A DNA stretch of 64,000 bases from Chrysomallon squamiferum (taxonomy: Eukaryota; Animalia; Mollusca). Of this stretch, positions 28,906 to 42,700 are shown in pieces (positions within the stretch are counted from its first letter, which is position 1; each line of letters starts with the position of its first letter). Location: NCBI GenBank assembly GCA_012295275.1, contig CM022672.1, forward strand, positions 35,588,001 to 35,652,000. Direction: 5' to 3'. The translations under genes were made by a program, and so were the position numbers. Below the pieces are notes generated by a model. It made no database searches. It was not told where the DNA came from and worked only from the letters and a program-made list of their open reading frames with translations.

Positions 28906-31061
28906 TATTTATTTCTTAATTTATTTATAGCATATTTATTTTATTTTATTTTCAGTTTATGTATTTGTTTTTTTATTTATTTATATAAAAACTGAGTGAT
29001 GTGTGATTTGTACATTTGCATTTTGTGTGTGTATGTGTGTGTAAGAGTGATGTCTACACACATGTGTATATAAGATAACATTAACCTTCTAATATGGTAG
29101 CCAATGTTCTTTGTGTGTGCATGTGTGTGTGCATGTGTGTGTAAGTGTGATGTCTACACATGTGTATATAAGACAACATTAACCTTCTAATGTGGTAGCC
29201 GATGTTCTTTGGCTGCATCTCAGCTGCTCTAGAAAATGACTCCAATGCTTCAGGATACAAAAATCTGTCAAACAAAGTTTGACCTTCAAAATAGTAGAGA
29301 AAAGCAAGCTGGGTGTAGCTGCTGTCGTTGTGTGGGTCCAGCAGACAGGTCTTCTTCAGGTTCAAGATGGCTGACTGAAAATCACAGAGTTGTATGAAGT
29401 TCTGAGCTCTCTGGAAGTACAGTTCTGGGTTGTCTGGAGTCAGACATGTTGCCTTGTTTAGAGAAACCAGTGCAGCTTGGAAATCTCCTTCCTCTTTCAG
29501 CTTTACAGCTTTGACTAGACTGAAAGTAATAATATATCAAATAATAACACAAAAAAAAAAAAAAATAAATACAAATTTATCTAATTTCCAGGCTAATAAT
29601 AAAGCATAAGACTGCTGAATAGCCAAGGCCAGTCAATCCTGACAAAACCACCATTAAGAATTAAAAATTAAAAATAAAAAAATAAAACTAGGAAAAAGTT
29701 ACAAGAACATAATATTAGAAATAAATAATTTTAGTCTGTATCAGACTCATGGCTACTGAACTGATATAACTCAGAGAAAGAAAAGCAATTTAATTAAGTT
29801 ACCTGTTCATTAAAATCCAAAAGAAATAAATATATTAAATAATAATGGAAATTAAAAAGAATAATATGAAATATTAATTTAGAATCTGCACTCATCAAAT
29901 ATGTACAAATGACATTTTCATGTATTCAAATTATTTAATCTATGCCTTTATTCACAGTTTCAGCTAAACTGAAAGTAATAATATATCAATATAATAATAC
30001 AAATTAAAAATAAATAAAACATACATTCTGAGGTTTGGAGAATATTTAGACAAGTTTATTTCTTTATTTAGATAAGTTCATTCATTTATTTAGATATTTT
30101 TATTTATTTAGAAATCCTTGTTTGTATTTCAATATCTTTATTTGTTTATTTGAATATGTTTACGGCTCATTTATTTATTTAGATGTGTTTATTATTTATT
30201 TAGATAAGTTCATTTTTGTTTTAACATTTACTGATTTATTTAGGTAAGTTTATCTAGGTAAATTTATTTGTTTATTTAGATGTTCATTTGTTTATTGAGA
30301 TAGCTTTAGTTATTTAGATAAGTTTATTTAAATATGTTCATTTACTAAATTAAATTGTTTATTTTACTTATTAGTTATTTAGATAGGTAAATATGTTTAT
30401 TTATTAAATTATTTGTTTATTTTACTTATTATTTATTTAGATAATTTTTATATTAATTAGACTGTTTATTTCTTTAATTACATTTCATTTCTTTCTTTAT
30501 TTATTTTATTATTTTTTTTATTTATTTACTTATTTATTAACTTACTTACTTTATTTATTTATTTAGTTACTTACTTAGTTCTTTCTAACTTACTTACTTA
30601 CTATATTTATTTATTTATTTGTTTATTTATGTATTTGTTTATTTATTTATTTATTGGTTTGTTTATGTATTTATTTATTTATTGGTTTGTTTATGTATTT
30701 GTTTATTTATTTATTTATTGGTTTGTTTATGTATTTGTTTATTTATTAGTTTATTTGTTTATCTATGTATTTGTTTGTTTATATCACTTTCTTCAGTTTT
30801 TGTTTATGATCTTTGTTTGGATTTATTAGTTTATTTATTTTATTTATTTATTTGTTTATTTACTGATTTGTTTGTTTGTTTGTTTGTTTGTAACTCACTG
30901 TTCTTCAGCAGATTTGTCTATGATCTCCTGCATGCCTGGACTTACTTACTTACTTACTATATTTATTTATTTATTTGTTTATTTGTTTGTTTGTTTGTTT
31001 GTTTGTAACTCACTGTTCTTTGGCAGATTTGTCTATGATCTCCTGCATGCCTGGATTTACA

Positions 31062-31097
<36 letters not shown>

Positions 31098-31484
31098 ATA
31101 TTTATTTATTTATTTGTTTATTTACTGATTTGTTTGTTTGTTTGTTTGTTTGTTTGTTTGTAACTCACTGTTCTTCGGCAGATCTGTCTATGATCTCCTG
31201 CATGCCTGGACTAGTGGGGTGGACTGGGTTTTGCCAGTTCTCTGTGGTGAAAATACTTTTCTGTCTCGCCTTGGCAGCATTGATAGTTTCTTCATCAACA
31301 GCAGTCGAAAACACACCAGTGTCTTCTTCCTGCTGTTGTTGCTGTTGTTGTTGCTGTTGTTCAAGCTGAAAATAAATAAACACTACAAGCTGAAACCCTT
31401 TTATTATCGTCATATTAAACACACACACACACAAAACTAGGGTCTGTGTGTGACTGTTGTCAGTTGTCAGACTTTAGAAACTGT

Positions 31485-31527
<43 letters not shown>

Positions 31528-32748
31528 TACGTACATATACATTTGAAAAAATATATAAAACATTATATTTATAGTGTCTAGTGCATAAGCAGAAACATTA
31601 ATCTGTTTTTTCACACACATACTCACACATACAAACCTATCACCTGTGTGTGTGTGTGTGTGTGTTAGAGTATTTTTATGTATATGTCTATGTAAGTACA
31701 TGTAGATCATGTTCATTGGTACACCAACTATTATGATTTTAGTCTTTGTTACTTTCTTTAAGACTAGTAATAGTATGAACAACAGAATTTGTTGTTTTGT
31801 TTCTATTCACCATTGAACTTATGAATGAAAACTACTTATTGAATATATAAATTATTATCTCCACTTAAAATCAAAATAATTAATGTAAGCTAAATCAAAA
31901 TCTACTAAAATATTGAAACAAACAAAAAAGTGGAAAAATAATTATAAAAACAAAAACAAAAAATACAGAAAAAGAAAAGAGACAGCATAGTTATTAAGAA
32001 TACTAAATTTTTTAAATTTCAAGTCAGTAGCATGTTTTGTGTATCTGTTCATGATTCAGTTAAGATTTCTATCACAGAGAATGGAGACTGCAAAATGGAT
32101 AGAACTATCTAAAGAATTATACTCAGTTTGAAAGACAACAATAATGAAAAGCATTATTTGGGACATTAAACCAGATTTGTCTTCACAAGTCAGTTGATCT
32201 ATCTCTCACACTGTTAGCTGATTACTTAATTAATAAATAAAAGTTTCTAATTCAATAAATCTCATATATAGAAACGTAGCAAGAGAAAGAAGCAGTTTTA
32301 AGAACTGTTATCATACAAAAACTAAACTAAACTATAGATTAACAGTGAAAAAATATGCATAACAAAACTGAACAACATAAATAAAAGATAAAATAACAAT
32401 ATTTTAAATATAAAGCAAAAGAATGAATTATTTAACATCTTGAAACCTTCGTTACAGTCTTGAAGCTAATGAACCAAAACTAAACTACATAAAAAAACTG
32501 AAATTATTCAATCGTGCTGTTAATGATATAACCAATATAAATGTTTTAAGGGGACACATGTTTTAATGTTAATTGTTTATGTTAAGAATTGAAACTTGAT
32601 GGAAACAATCCCCTTTTTCTTACCATAAAACACTAGTACCAGTTTAATTCTTTATGACAAAAGGTTTGTTAGTTTTGGCTTTCTTTTCAATATTATAGGA
32701 CCCAATTTCATGAACCTCTTCAAACCAAACCAATGTGTATGTAAGTGT

Positions 32749-32802
<54 letters not shown>

Positions 32803-34505
32803 TTGTAACTGCTGGGGTTCATTATAGACATCTATTTCTACAAAATATCAGAAGAAAATTAGTATTTGTTTACATACTTCAACAGAAATATTTTTGAAAA
32901 ATAATACATTTTTCATTCGTATTTTGAAACCCCAGAAAGTTGCATAAAAATTATATGAAAAGATTAGTTAATTTTTCCAAGAGTTTCTTTCAGTCATTTT
33001 GTAGTGTTTGTTTTTAAATACATACATACATACATATATATTCCAAATTTGGAAACTCTAGCAAAAATAATCATCAAACAGCATCTTTCCAAAAATGTCA
33101 GGATAGTACAAACAAAGATAGTTGATAAAAAAAAAAAAAAAAAATTGTTTATTACAATTTTTTTCTTTTTTTCACCTACTGTGTCCCCTTAATATTTACA
33201 AAATGTAACGATGCATGATACCAAATAATAAAACTGTTGATAAAGCTAATCAATATACATGTATTAATGAGTATTAAAATGAAAATAAATAATTGATATT
33301 TAATTACAAATGTAACATGTTCAGTCAAAATAAACATAAAGAGTATATTTAAAAAAACGTACATTATTGCCCTTCTGAATTTAAGTACATTTTTAAAAAC
33401 TAATAAGTAAAAATATGAAGTCTGTTTAGAACATTTATTTATCAATATTCTTTTTCTATTTATAAATAAAAATATTTATAATTCTTAATACACATTTTTT
33501 GCATAGATGCCTTGTCTAGATCTAAAATAAAGTTTACTGAAAACTGAAATAAAATAAATTTATAGAGAATAAAATGTTAAAACTGTCAATTAAAACAACT
33601 AAAAATGAAATATATATATATATTTATAAAATAAAATATCTAACTAGTAAAGCTGTGTTTAACATGTTTTACCTTTTTACCCCAAATTAACCTAAAAAAC
33701 TGAAATACAAACACGTTCACAAATGTATTATCATTAACTGGATATATTTAAATTTACAAAAGGAAATAAACAGATATTGTTTGTTTTTTTATTATTAAAA
33801 GATTTATATATCTGATTTAATAATAAACTGAATATACTGAAACTGAACTACCTAAACTGATAATTAACAAGAATGAATAAAAAGCATTATTTGTCAAAAA
33901 TAAAAAAGGAATAAATCAATGTGACTATAAGTTTGCCTGTCAGTGTTTTACATATGCTTCGAATAACCAGGATTATCAGGTGAAAGTATATATTAACCTA
34001 GTTTAGATGCTGCTTTTATTTGTAATGAGAAAAAAAAAAAAAAAAAAACAAACCCGAGGGCTGTTGGTGTAGATTAGCAATAAGCGATCATAACAGACCA
34101 TTGAGACCCTGGCAGATAAGTTTAATTTTTGATTTTTAATCTCTCACATAATCATTAGTATCTGTTTCAGGTATCTGCTGTGACACTGAGGGTATTTTTC
34201 ACCTGTATAATTTTTAATTAATTTAAATTTCCTACATGATAATGATTTACCTGAGGATCGTTTTCAGGTGAGATTTCTACTGTGATGGCTGGTGTCGGTT
34301 GACCGAACTCTTCATCGCCTGTCTGCTGCTCAGTTGCTGATTCACTGTCTTTGGCACTCTTTATAAACTTGGTAGAATTCTGATCAAAGTTGTGAGCAAG
34401 TTCAGGATAGAACTGATGGATGTTCACGTGCTGAGGTTTGATTTCTGGTATGTTTAATGGGGAGTCGCTATCAAACAGCTGCTCTTTGCTTGATGAGTCA
34501 GCCAT
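19580..34505 (-). CDS. TTC16: Tetratricopeptide repeat protein 16, ~706 aa; coding exons 34505-34251, 31365-31169, 29519-29184, 28635-28506, 27091-26877, 26310-26063, 25238-25087, 24395-24303, 21216-21008, 20458-20332, 19738-19580
   Basis: Eleven exons join in phase (2121 nt) with GT-AG introns. TPR peptides recognisable as TTC16: [67 protein letters not shown]. Confidence 0.92.
20530..20995. repeat. Degenerate (CA)n tract filling a TTC16 intron
   Basis: Seen directly. Confidence 0.9.
21217..21610 (-). repeat. 19-bp tandem repeat (~20 copies) containing a TTC16 acceptor
   Basis: The minus-strand unit tgttaaacgtggttttcag ends at the true acceptor (21217). Confidence 0.93.
21595..23755. repeat. 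~47-bp satellite (~45 copies)
   Basis: ccatgtttaacacagcactgatatgtgttttaataacaaacattcac variants. Confidence 0.95.
25192..26030 (-). repeat. 61-bp tandem repeat (~13 copies) spanning a TTC16 intron-exon junction
   Basis: Minus-strand unit ttctttctttacag|actgtttcttcaagcaaactgagctgaattttgcattacaagattat, i.e. the acceptor plus ~47 nt of exon. Confidence 0.95.
26618..26930 (-). repeat. Duplications of a TTC16 exon end plus donor (4 extra copies)
   Basis: aatacctgtgtacatggtaat at ~26636, 26677, 26754, 26831 and the functional copy at 26872. Confidence 0.92.
27823..28520 (-). repeat. Three extra copies of a TTC16 donor, interleaved with (CT)n/(CA)n microsatellites
   Basis: gatgtaagaaaactcacatttc at ~27824, 27920, 28046 and the functional copy at 28489. 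Confidence 0.9.
30820..31212 (-). repeat. Two extra copies of a TTC16 exon end (~40 nt) plus donor, with (TTTG)n/(TTAC)n
   Basis: gtaactcactgttctt..gcagat.tgtctatgatctcctgcatgcctgga at 30890, 31005 and the functional copy at 31160. Confidence 0.92.
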
Positions 34506-34577
34506 TTTTTTTTTTTTATCTCTGAAATTTAAAACCCTAAGTTTATATTTTAATAAATTTGAAACAAAAGCTTTTAA

Positions 34578-34638
<61 letters not shown>

Positions 34639-34665
34639 TTAATCATAATAATAATAATAATAATA
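34578..34665. repeat. (AAT)n microsatellite
   Basis: Seen directly. Confidence 0.9.
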
Positions 34666-35029
34666 AAAATAGGTGGTGTGAGTCCCTTCAGCAACACAGT
34701 CGGACAGTAATATTTTTATAAACAAGACAAAACAATATGATTAGTACATAATTAGCAAAGTATTAAGAAATAGTTTACATCTTTCGCCTTCAGAATAAAC
34801 TAACATGAAACATTTGCGCAAAACTTTATTTAACTTTATTTTAATAATTAATTATACAGAAAAAGAACGATATGTTGTTTTGTTTTGTTTCTCTGCATTT
34901 AATACATTTTTGTTTTTTATAAAAAAAAATTAAACAGATAAAGAAAATTATTTGCTTATAACAGTACAAAAGAATTCAATCAATTTTGAAAATGAAAATT
35001 CTATCTTAAGACAAATAATGTTTGAAACA

Positions 35030-35323
35030 ATACCGACGAGTCAAACAAATTGCCTGCGATAAACTACTTTGTTTATATTATTTCCAAGGAGAATAACTCA
35101 CAGTTATAAAAATTAATTGTATTGGTTGTTATAGAAGTTCCGGTTTAGACTTAACCAATTATATTAGTCGATGTTCACATCTTTGGGACGTAGTATGTTA
35201 TGGCTGGTGTAAATATGCGGTATTTTTAATAACATTAAGTTACAGAACAGTGAGTCTCAGTCTTAAAGAAAGGATATGTATATGTTTTAACTGGCATGTG
35301 TTGTAAAGGATATAATGTAAACA
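35030..35323. promoter_or_regulatory. Probable bidirectional promoter between TTC16 and the divergent + strand gene
   Basis: Divergent genes with candidate start codons ~820 bp apart. ATTGG (35121) and CCAAT (35155) flank TTCCGG (35138, ETS core). A minus-strand donor gtgagt at 35101-35096 suggests a TTC16 5' UTR exon. Confidence 0.6.
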
Positions 35324-36676
35324 ATGGAAGACAATGACAAATCAAAGGTAAGTGATAGTTTAGTTTTGTATAATTACACGAATAAAACATTCACATTGTG
35401 ACTGTCATACAATGAATGAATGATACATTTATGCGAGTTAGTAACGCGACTCCTGACTACAGTATATTTATTTAATAAAAACCTTTCCTTTTATTCTGTT
35501 ATAAATAAATATAATGATATATTATTTTATTTTTCTAAATGTGCTTATTATGAAGATGTATTCAAAATGATGGTATTTTTATTAGAAGTTGACTGAAGTT
35601 GTCATGAACAAAATTATCAAAATGGCATTAGATGTGGCTAAGACTAATAATAGTATGTAGCCCAAAACAATTATTCAGAATGGAAAGCAAAATATAATTT
35701 TGATGAACCAGTTTGAGATAATAGCAGGAATAGGATAAATGGAGAATTTTATCCTAAGACCAGTAGGGGAAACTTACATTTTTGAGGCCCCCAAGCTTGA
35801 ACAGTTATGGGAGTCCTTAGCAAGCAGCAGGAAGGTCTGGGTAACTAGTCTTACCTTCTTGAATGACAGTGTTCCATGACAGGTTTTAAAAATTTAGACA
35901 CATCTCAGATTTTTTATTAAAATTTAGAATAAATATGTACTAAATTCACTTCTTAGGCATTGAAGCTTAAGGTTCATTAATTTTTTTAATAGATCCACTT
36001 CAGCCTAAGACAGTATGACTAATAACAGCTGAGTTTAACAGTAATACTTCACATTTAGCAGCCTAACTGCAGCCTAGACTGTGAAATTTAGACTAGATAT
36101 TCCAACCAACTAAAATAATCCTTGATAAACTATTGATATTGTATTTTAAGACAGCTGAATGCAAACAATTTTCATTTTTCAAATAAAACATCAAACTGTT
36201 TTCATCACAAAAAGTTATTTATATAGCTGTGGTCAACTAACCTAAATCCTTTTCATTGTTATTATTATGTAATAATTACTATTATTATTACTACTACTAC
36301 TACTATGTTGTTGTTGGTGGTGGTGATGTTTTTACCTGGAAAGGAAAACAAGGTGAATTATATCCATGTAATTTCTGGAAAGGAATTGAAAGCTTCATTT
36401 CTTTCTTTTCTGCATGATATCTTTTTAATTTCATTTTAATTTCTGCATAAAGGCAAGAAATAAAATCCTGTGGTCTGATAAAAATTGTTTATATTTAAAG
36501 TCCTCTTAGTTAGTCAAGCATAAGTGAGCTATTTTTTTTTTAATATAATCTTTCTACTTTTCAATGGCACTGAATGATGATGTGATGTGGTTAGTTTCAT
36601 TTTATAGGCTGAAATAGTAGCCAATCTAGTAGCAAAAACCCCCAAATATCTTTGAAATTAGTAATGATCATATATA

Positions 36677-36734
<58 letters not shown>

Positions 36735-39700
36735 TTTATATCTGAACTGTAGACAGATATCAAAAACTGAAAATTCTTCATATATGAGGTTCTTTGCAAA
36801 CCTGTACAACCACATTTTTTCACTTGTTGGACTGAATTTGTAAATGTATTGTGTTGTTATTATAAGTAAGTATGCATGTCTTGCCCAAAACCTTTGATAA
36901 CAAATTAGAATTCTCTTTCTCTTTGTCTCTTATTACTGCTGTATCAGGATCCAGACTTAACATGATTTTTTTCAGATGTAATCATCTACATTTAACAAAA
37001 GTAAACTTGATATCTACATAATTTTTTTTTTTTTATCAAAAATGTGCTTTCTAATCCATGTAATCGAAAGGAAACAGATACTGCAAATGTTATTACTGTG
37101 TATATATATATATATATAAAATATACACACACACCTAAATACATAGTAATAGAGGGTTATTATTCATTCTTCATATTTTTCTTTTAAATTTAATGTAATT
37201 GCCAGCCTTTACTGATTAATAAAAAAATTAAATGATGAATTTATATTTGTCAGAACAGTTTTGAATTTATATTTGTCAGAACAGTTTTAAATCTCTCTCA
37301 CACACACACATTCAAATACATACAAATATTGCAACATTCAGCATTATCTAGGTTATTTTGAAATATGTGTGCCAAACTGTCAATGGATAATTAATGTTGG
37401 TTGTACTGAGGAAGATGGCAACATTAAAAATTAACAACACAAGAGAGAGCAATGTTCAGATGAAACATCTCAAATCAGCAGTTAATTACACGCATCAGAG
37501 AAAGCTGTTGTAGCAACAGTGAAATATTCCTGTCTGAAACACACTGGACCGATACCTCCATTTTCTCTGTAAGAAGATATTTTTATTTTCTCTGTAAGAA
37601 GATATTTCTATTTCTCTGTAAGAAGATATTTGTATTTCTCTGTAAGAAGATATTTCTATTTTCTCTGTAAGAAGATATTTCTATTTTCTCTGTAAGAAGA
37701 TATTTGTATTTTCTCTGTAAGAAGATATTTGTATTTTCTCTGTAAGAAGATATTTCTATTTTCTCTGTAAGAAGATATTTTCTATTTTCTCTGTAAGAAG
37801 ATATTTGTATTTCTCTGTAAGAAGATATTTCTATTTTCTCTGTAAGAAGATATTTGTATTTCTCTGTAAGAAGATATTTCTATTTTCTCTGTAAGAAGAT
37901 ATTTGTATTTCTCTGTAAGAAGATATTTGTATTTGTAAGAAGATATTTCTATTTTCTCTGTAAGAAGATATTTGTATTTCTCTGTAAGAAGATATTTCTA
38001 TTTTCTCTGTAAGAAGATATTTGTATTTTCTCTGTAAGAAGATATTTGTATTTCTCTGTAAGAAGATATTTCTATTTTCTCTGTAAGAAGATATTTCTAT
38101 TTTCTATATAAGAAGATATTTGTATTTTCTATATAAGAAGAAAGTTATCTATTCTTTTATACAAGAATGTACTATTTCTGTTTTCTTTTTAAGAAGAAAT
38201 GTATTTGTTTTTATTGAAGAAGAAAATGTATCTTTTTTTTTTTACAAGAAGAAATATTTTTATTTTTTTTATATAAGACTAATATTTCTATTTTCTATGT
38301 AAGAATAAATTTATTTTTCAGCATTCAAAGATGTTATTTCTATTTTCTGAATAATAATAAATTTATTATTTATTATACATTTTCTACATCAGAAGGAGTA
38401 TTCTGTTTTAAAATAATAATGTACAGTGCCACTAATGAATTTGCTAAATATTATTTCATTTGTTATACGAAAGTAAGTTTACAGATAAACTGATATAAAT
38501 CTGCTTTGCTAAGACACTGTTAATAACTATTTGTAATCTTCATACAGTTTGTTTTTATAATATGATTTTCATATCCTCTGTGTTCTAAAAATCTGATGTT
38601 CAGTAATTATTAATATTTTTGAAAAGAAATCTGAAATTTAAAATTAATATTAGATTGAATTAGCTGATAATTAACATTAATATATTGTCTGTTTTTTGTA
38701 GTTTCTTTTATTGTATATCTTAATAAACAGGTCCAAATGTATCTTTGTGGCCTGGATTTTGTTTTTTAAGTGAAGTTCATGAGGGATCTACACTTGTTTT
38801 CTACTGTCTAGTGTCGTTTCATTTCAGAGCAAAGCATAAATAATTAATTCTCTAAAATAATGAGTTTAAATTTCATATGGAAGGTTAATGTGCATTTAGT
38901 TCTGTGTGTGTGTTTATGTGCATATGTGTATGTGTGTGTGTGTGTGTTTCTGTCTCTTTCTTAATCTGGCTGTGTTTTTATATATATTATTATATAGATA
39001 AAGAAAAACAGACACTGAGAAGGGAGAAAATGGTCAAACAAAATGTTCCTCACATTATGTTGATGTTGTTTTTGTTTCTAGGACTGGCTGAAGTCTGCCA
39101 ATGCCTCACTGTCCCAGCTGAAGCAAGTCAGTCCATCTGTGTACAGCATCAGACTTGCAGACAGCGTCAACCTGAGTGCCAACAACATCTTTCACAACGG
39201 CACTCACAAACCAGACACAAGTACTGTACTTAACCAAACAACGTAAGTTCTTTATTGCATTTAGGTCTGCTGTGCATACATGTGAAAACTGCTGTTTTTT
39301 TGTCGGTGTGCATCTGTGTGTATGTGTATCTTTGTGTATGTCTGTATGTCTGTATGTGTATCTTTGTGTATGTCTGTATGTGCATCTGTGTATGTGTATC
39401 TTTGTGTATGTCTGTATGTGTATCTTTGTGTATGTCTGTATGTGCATCTGTGTGTATGTGTATCTTTGTGTATGTCTGTATGTGTATCTTTGTATTTGTA
39501 TGTGCATCTGTGTGTATGTGTATCTTTGTGTATGTCTGTATGTGTATCTTTGTGTATGTCTGTATGTGCATCTGTGTGTATGTGTATCTTTGTGTATCTG
39601 TGTGTATGTCTGTGCATCTGTGTATATGTGTATCTGTGTGTATGTCTGTATGTGCATCTGTGTATGTCTGTATGTGTATCTGTGTATATGTGTATCTTTG

Positions 39701-42700
39701 TGTATGTCTGTATGTGCATCTGTGTATGTCTATGTGCATCTGTGTGTATGTGTATCTTTGTGTATGTATGTGTATCTGTGTATGTCTGTATGTGCATCTG
39801 TGTATATGTGTATCTTTGTGTGTGTATGTCTGTATGTGCATCTGTGTATATGTGTATCTTTGTGTGTGTATGTCTGTATGTGTATCTTTGTGTATATCTG
39901 TATGTTTCTTGTTTGTATGTTTCAGGAACAGCAATGTTTCAGTTTCTTGTTTGCATGTTTCAGTCTCTTGTTTGAATGTTTCAGGAACAGCAATGTTTCA
40001 GTTTCTGATTTGATGAAACACAGTAACAGATTAGCTCGCCCTGCCAGTGCCAAGTGTTGTAGAAGTGCAAGTTTAACCCCCGGCAAAAGGACACGCCCAC
40101 ACAGTGCCAAAAATGCATCAACTGCTGAAAAGAAAAAGCCCCCAATTGGAGGCAGGTTTCCATAGTTACCTTGTTTTTAACACAAGTTATAAAGTATTTA
40201 AATTCTTATCTCATAAAACAAATCTTTCTTATATTTTATAATGTGTATATTTTCATAAATTTGAAACGCTAATATTTATATTATGATTGTTTTATTTAGT
40301 TGCTTTTTTTTGTTGAATTTTTTTATTTTTTTTTTTTTTCATTGCTTGATTTTATTAATTATCACATCTATATTATACCTTTTTAAAACATATATTTTTT
40401 GTTTGACAATTTTTACCTTACTTGGTTTTATTCCAGTTTTATAAATATCAAAGGAAGTGTCGTGTTCTTTTTGTATATGGGAAGGCGTAAATCAAATACT
40501 TTGCTGCTGATTGCAGAACAGTTCACTCAGCAGCAGATTTCCTTTTTCATAATCAGTCCTTTTCTGATTTAAATATAATCACAGATTATACATAATTCAT
40601 TCCTAATTATTATTTACTTATTTATTTAATTATTTACTATTTTCCAATCTTTTTTTTAATGGTCATGAATTAAATATTGAGGAATATATGAAAAAACTAC
40701 AATGTGTGTATTTAATTTTATTTTTTTCAGTGAAGGGTCTGAAGTATGACCAGGCTGGTAAATGTGCACAAGGTGAGGCCCCAGAGGGGTGGGTTGGTCC
40801 CCCCAGGGACTCAAAATGGATGACGTTATCAATATTATTCCAAACCTTCAGTCTGAAGCAGGTATGTATGTCTGTAACTGTTATTTCTGTTTGTGTGTGT
40901 GTGTAAGTCAATATGCAGTTGTATACTTGTGAGTGTGTGTTTGCATGTTGTGTATATCTATGTAGCTGTGTATTTCTGTTTGTCTTTGTGTGTACTTGCA
41001 TATGGTGTGTGTAGTGTTTGATAGTTTGTTTACAAAGAAAAACAATAACTAATTTATATATGTGTGTAAAGCATATAAGATAACACTTCCCTAATAAATA
41101 ATAAGTAAGCAAAGAATTTGCTACTATGATATGCATAATGTTTGCACACACACACACACACACTACAGATATATCACATTTAACAATGGGCTGGTCTTTA
41201 AAGATAGATTGATGTGAACTTACTGTAACAAATCTTTGTGAATATTTTATCATGTTTGTAATCAAAATTATTACAATAATAACAGATTTTCTAGATGTGT
41301 CCAGGTTTGATGGGTGCAATGGAAATGTTCCACCCCCACCCCAAGCCACGCCCGAACCAGAATCAACTCTGGATGGGTTCAGCGAAGTGGAGTATGTATA
41401 ACCATAAAACTTTAAAAACTCAAATAATTTAATTTTTTATTTAATATAAATCATCTTGTCAAGATAAAGTATTTTTCCATTGAAAAAAGTTTTATGATTA
41501 AAAATTTACTGATATACACCAATTAGTGAAAAAATAAAAAAGAATAAAGAAAATACTAAATAAAAGAATACTGCTGTTTCAGATTTGAAATTCAATTCGA
41601 TTAGAATGTTTCTGAATGTCTGATTTGATTCAGTTGGAAAATTACGTGTTCCTGTGGCATATACACTTATAACACACTGCTACACACTGCTACACACTGG
41701 TATTTGAGATGTACTGCTACACACTGGTATTTGAGATGTACTGCTACACACTGGTATTTGAGATGTGTCATGTTTTCTGTTTTCAGATCTGTTTCCTCAG
41801 ACGCTAATGTCGTACTTCTACGTAAACCAACGCAGGACTCAATTCACCTGTCACTTCCCACTGCGGGGGAGGAGCAGGAGGAGGAAGAGGAGGAGTGGAA
41901 TACAGAAAGGTAACCTTACAGTGGAAATATACACATGTATACACACAAACATACAGACACAGACAGTGGAAATATACACATGTATACACACAGACACACA
42001 AATATACAGACACAGACAGTGGAAATATACACATGTATACACACAGACACACAAATATACAGAGACAGACAGTGGAAATATACACATGTATACACACAGA
42101 CACACAAACATACAGACACAGACAGTGGAAATATACACATGTATACACACAGACACACAAATATACAGACACAGACAGTGGAAATATACACATGTATATA
42201 CACAGACACACAAACATACAGACACAGACAGTGGAAATATACACATGTATACACACAGACACACACATATACAGACACAGACAGTGGAAATATACACATG
42301 TATACACACAGACATATAAACATACAGACACAGACAGTGGAAATATATACATGTATACACAAACACACAAACATACAGACACAGACAGTGGAAATATGCA
42401 CATGTATACACACAGACACAGACAGTGGAAATATATACATGTATACACACAGACATATAAACATACAGACACAAACAGTGAAAATATATACATGTATACA
42501 CACAGACATACAAACATACAGACACAGACAGTGGAAATATATACATGTATACACACAGGCACAAACAGAAAAAATATATACATGTATACACACAGACATA
42601 TAAACATACAGACACAAACAGTGAAAATATATACATGTATACACACAGACACACAAACATACAGACACAGACAGTGGAAATATGCACATGTATACATACA

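Noticed and set aside
34506-34697. Poly-Ile N-terminal extension (apparent signal or TM segment) of TTC16
   Set aside because: It is the (AAT)n microsatellite in the intron upstream of acceptor 34522.
35081-35138. RFX X-box-like motifs (tttccaaggagaat, gttgttatagaagt) in the promoter
   Set aside because: Too many mismatches to the palindromic consensus to call by eye.
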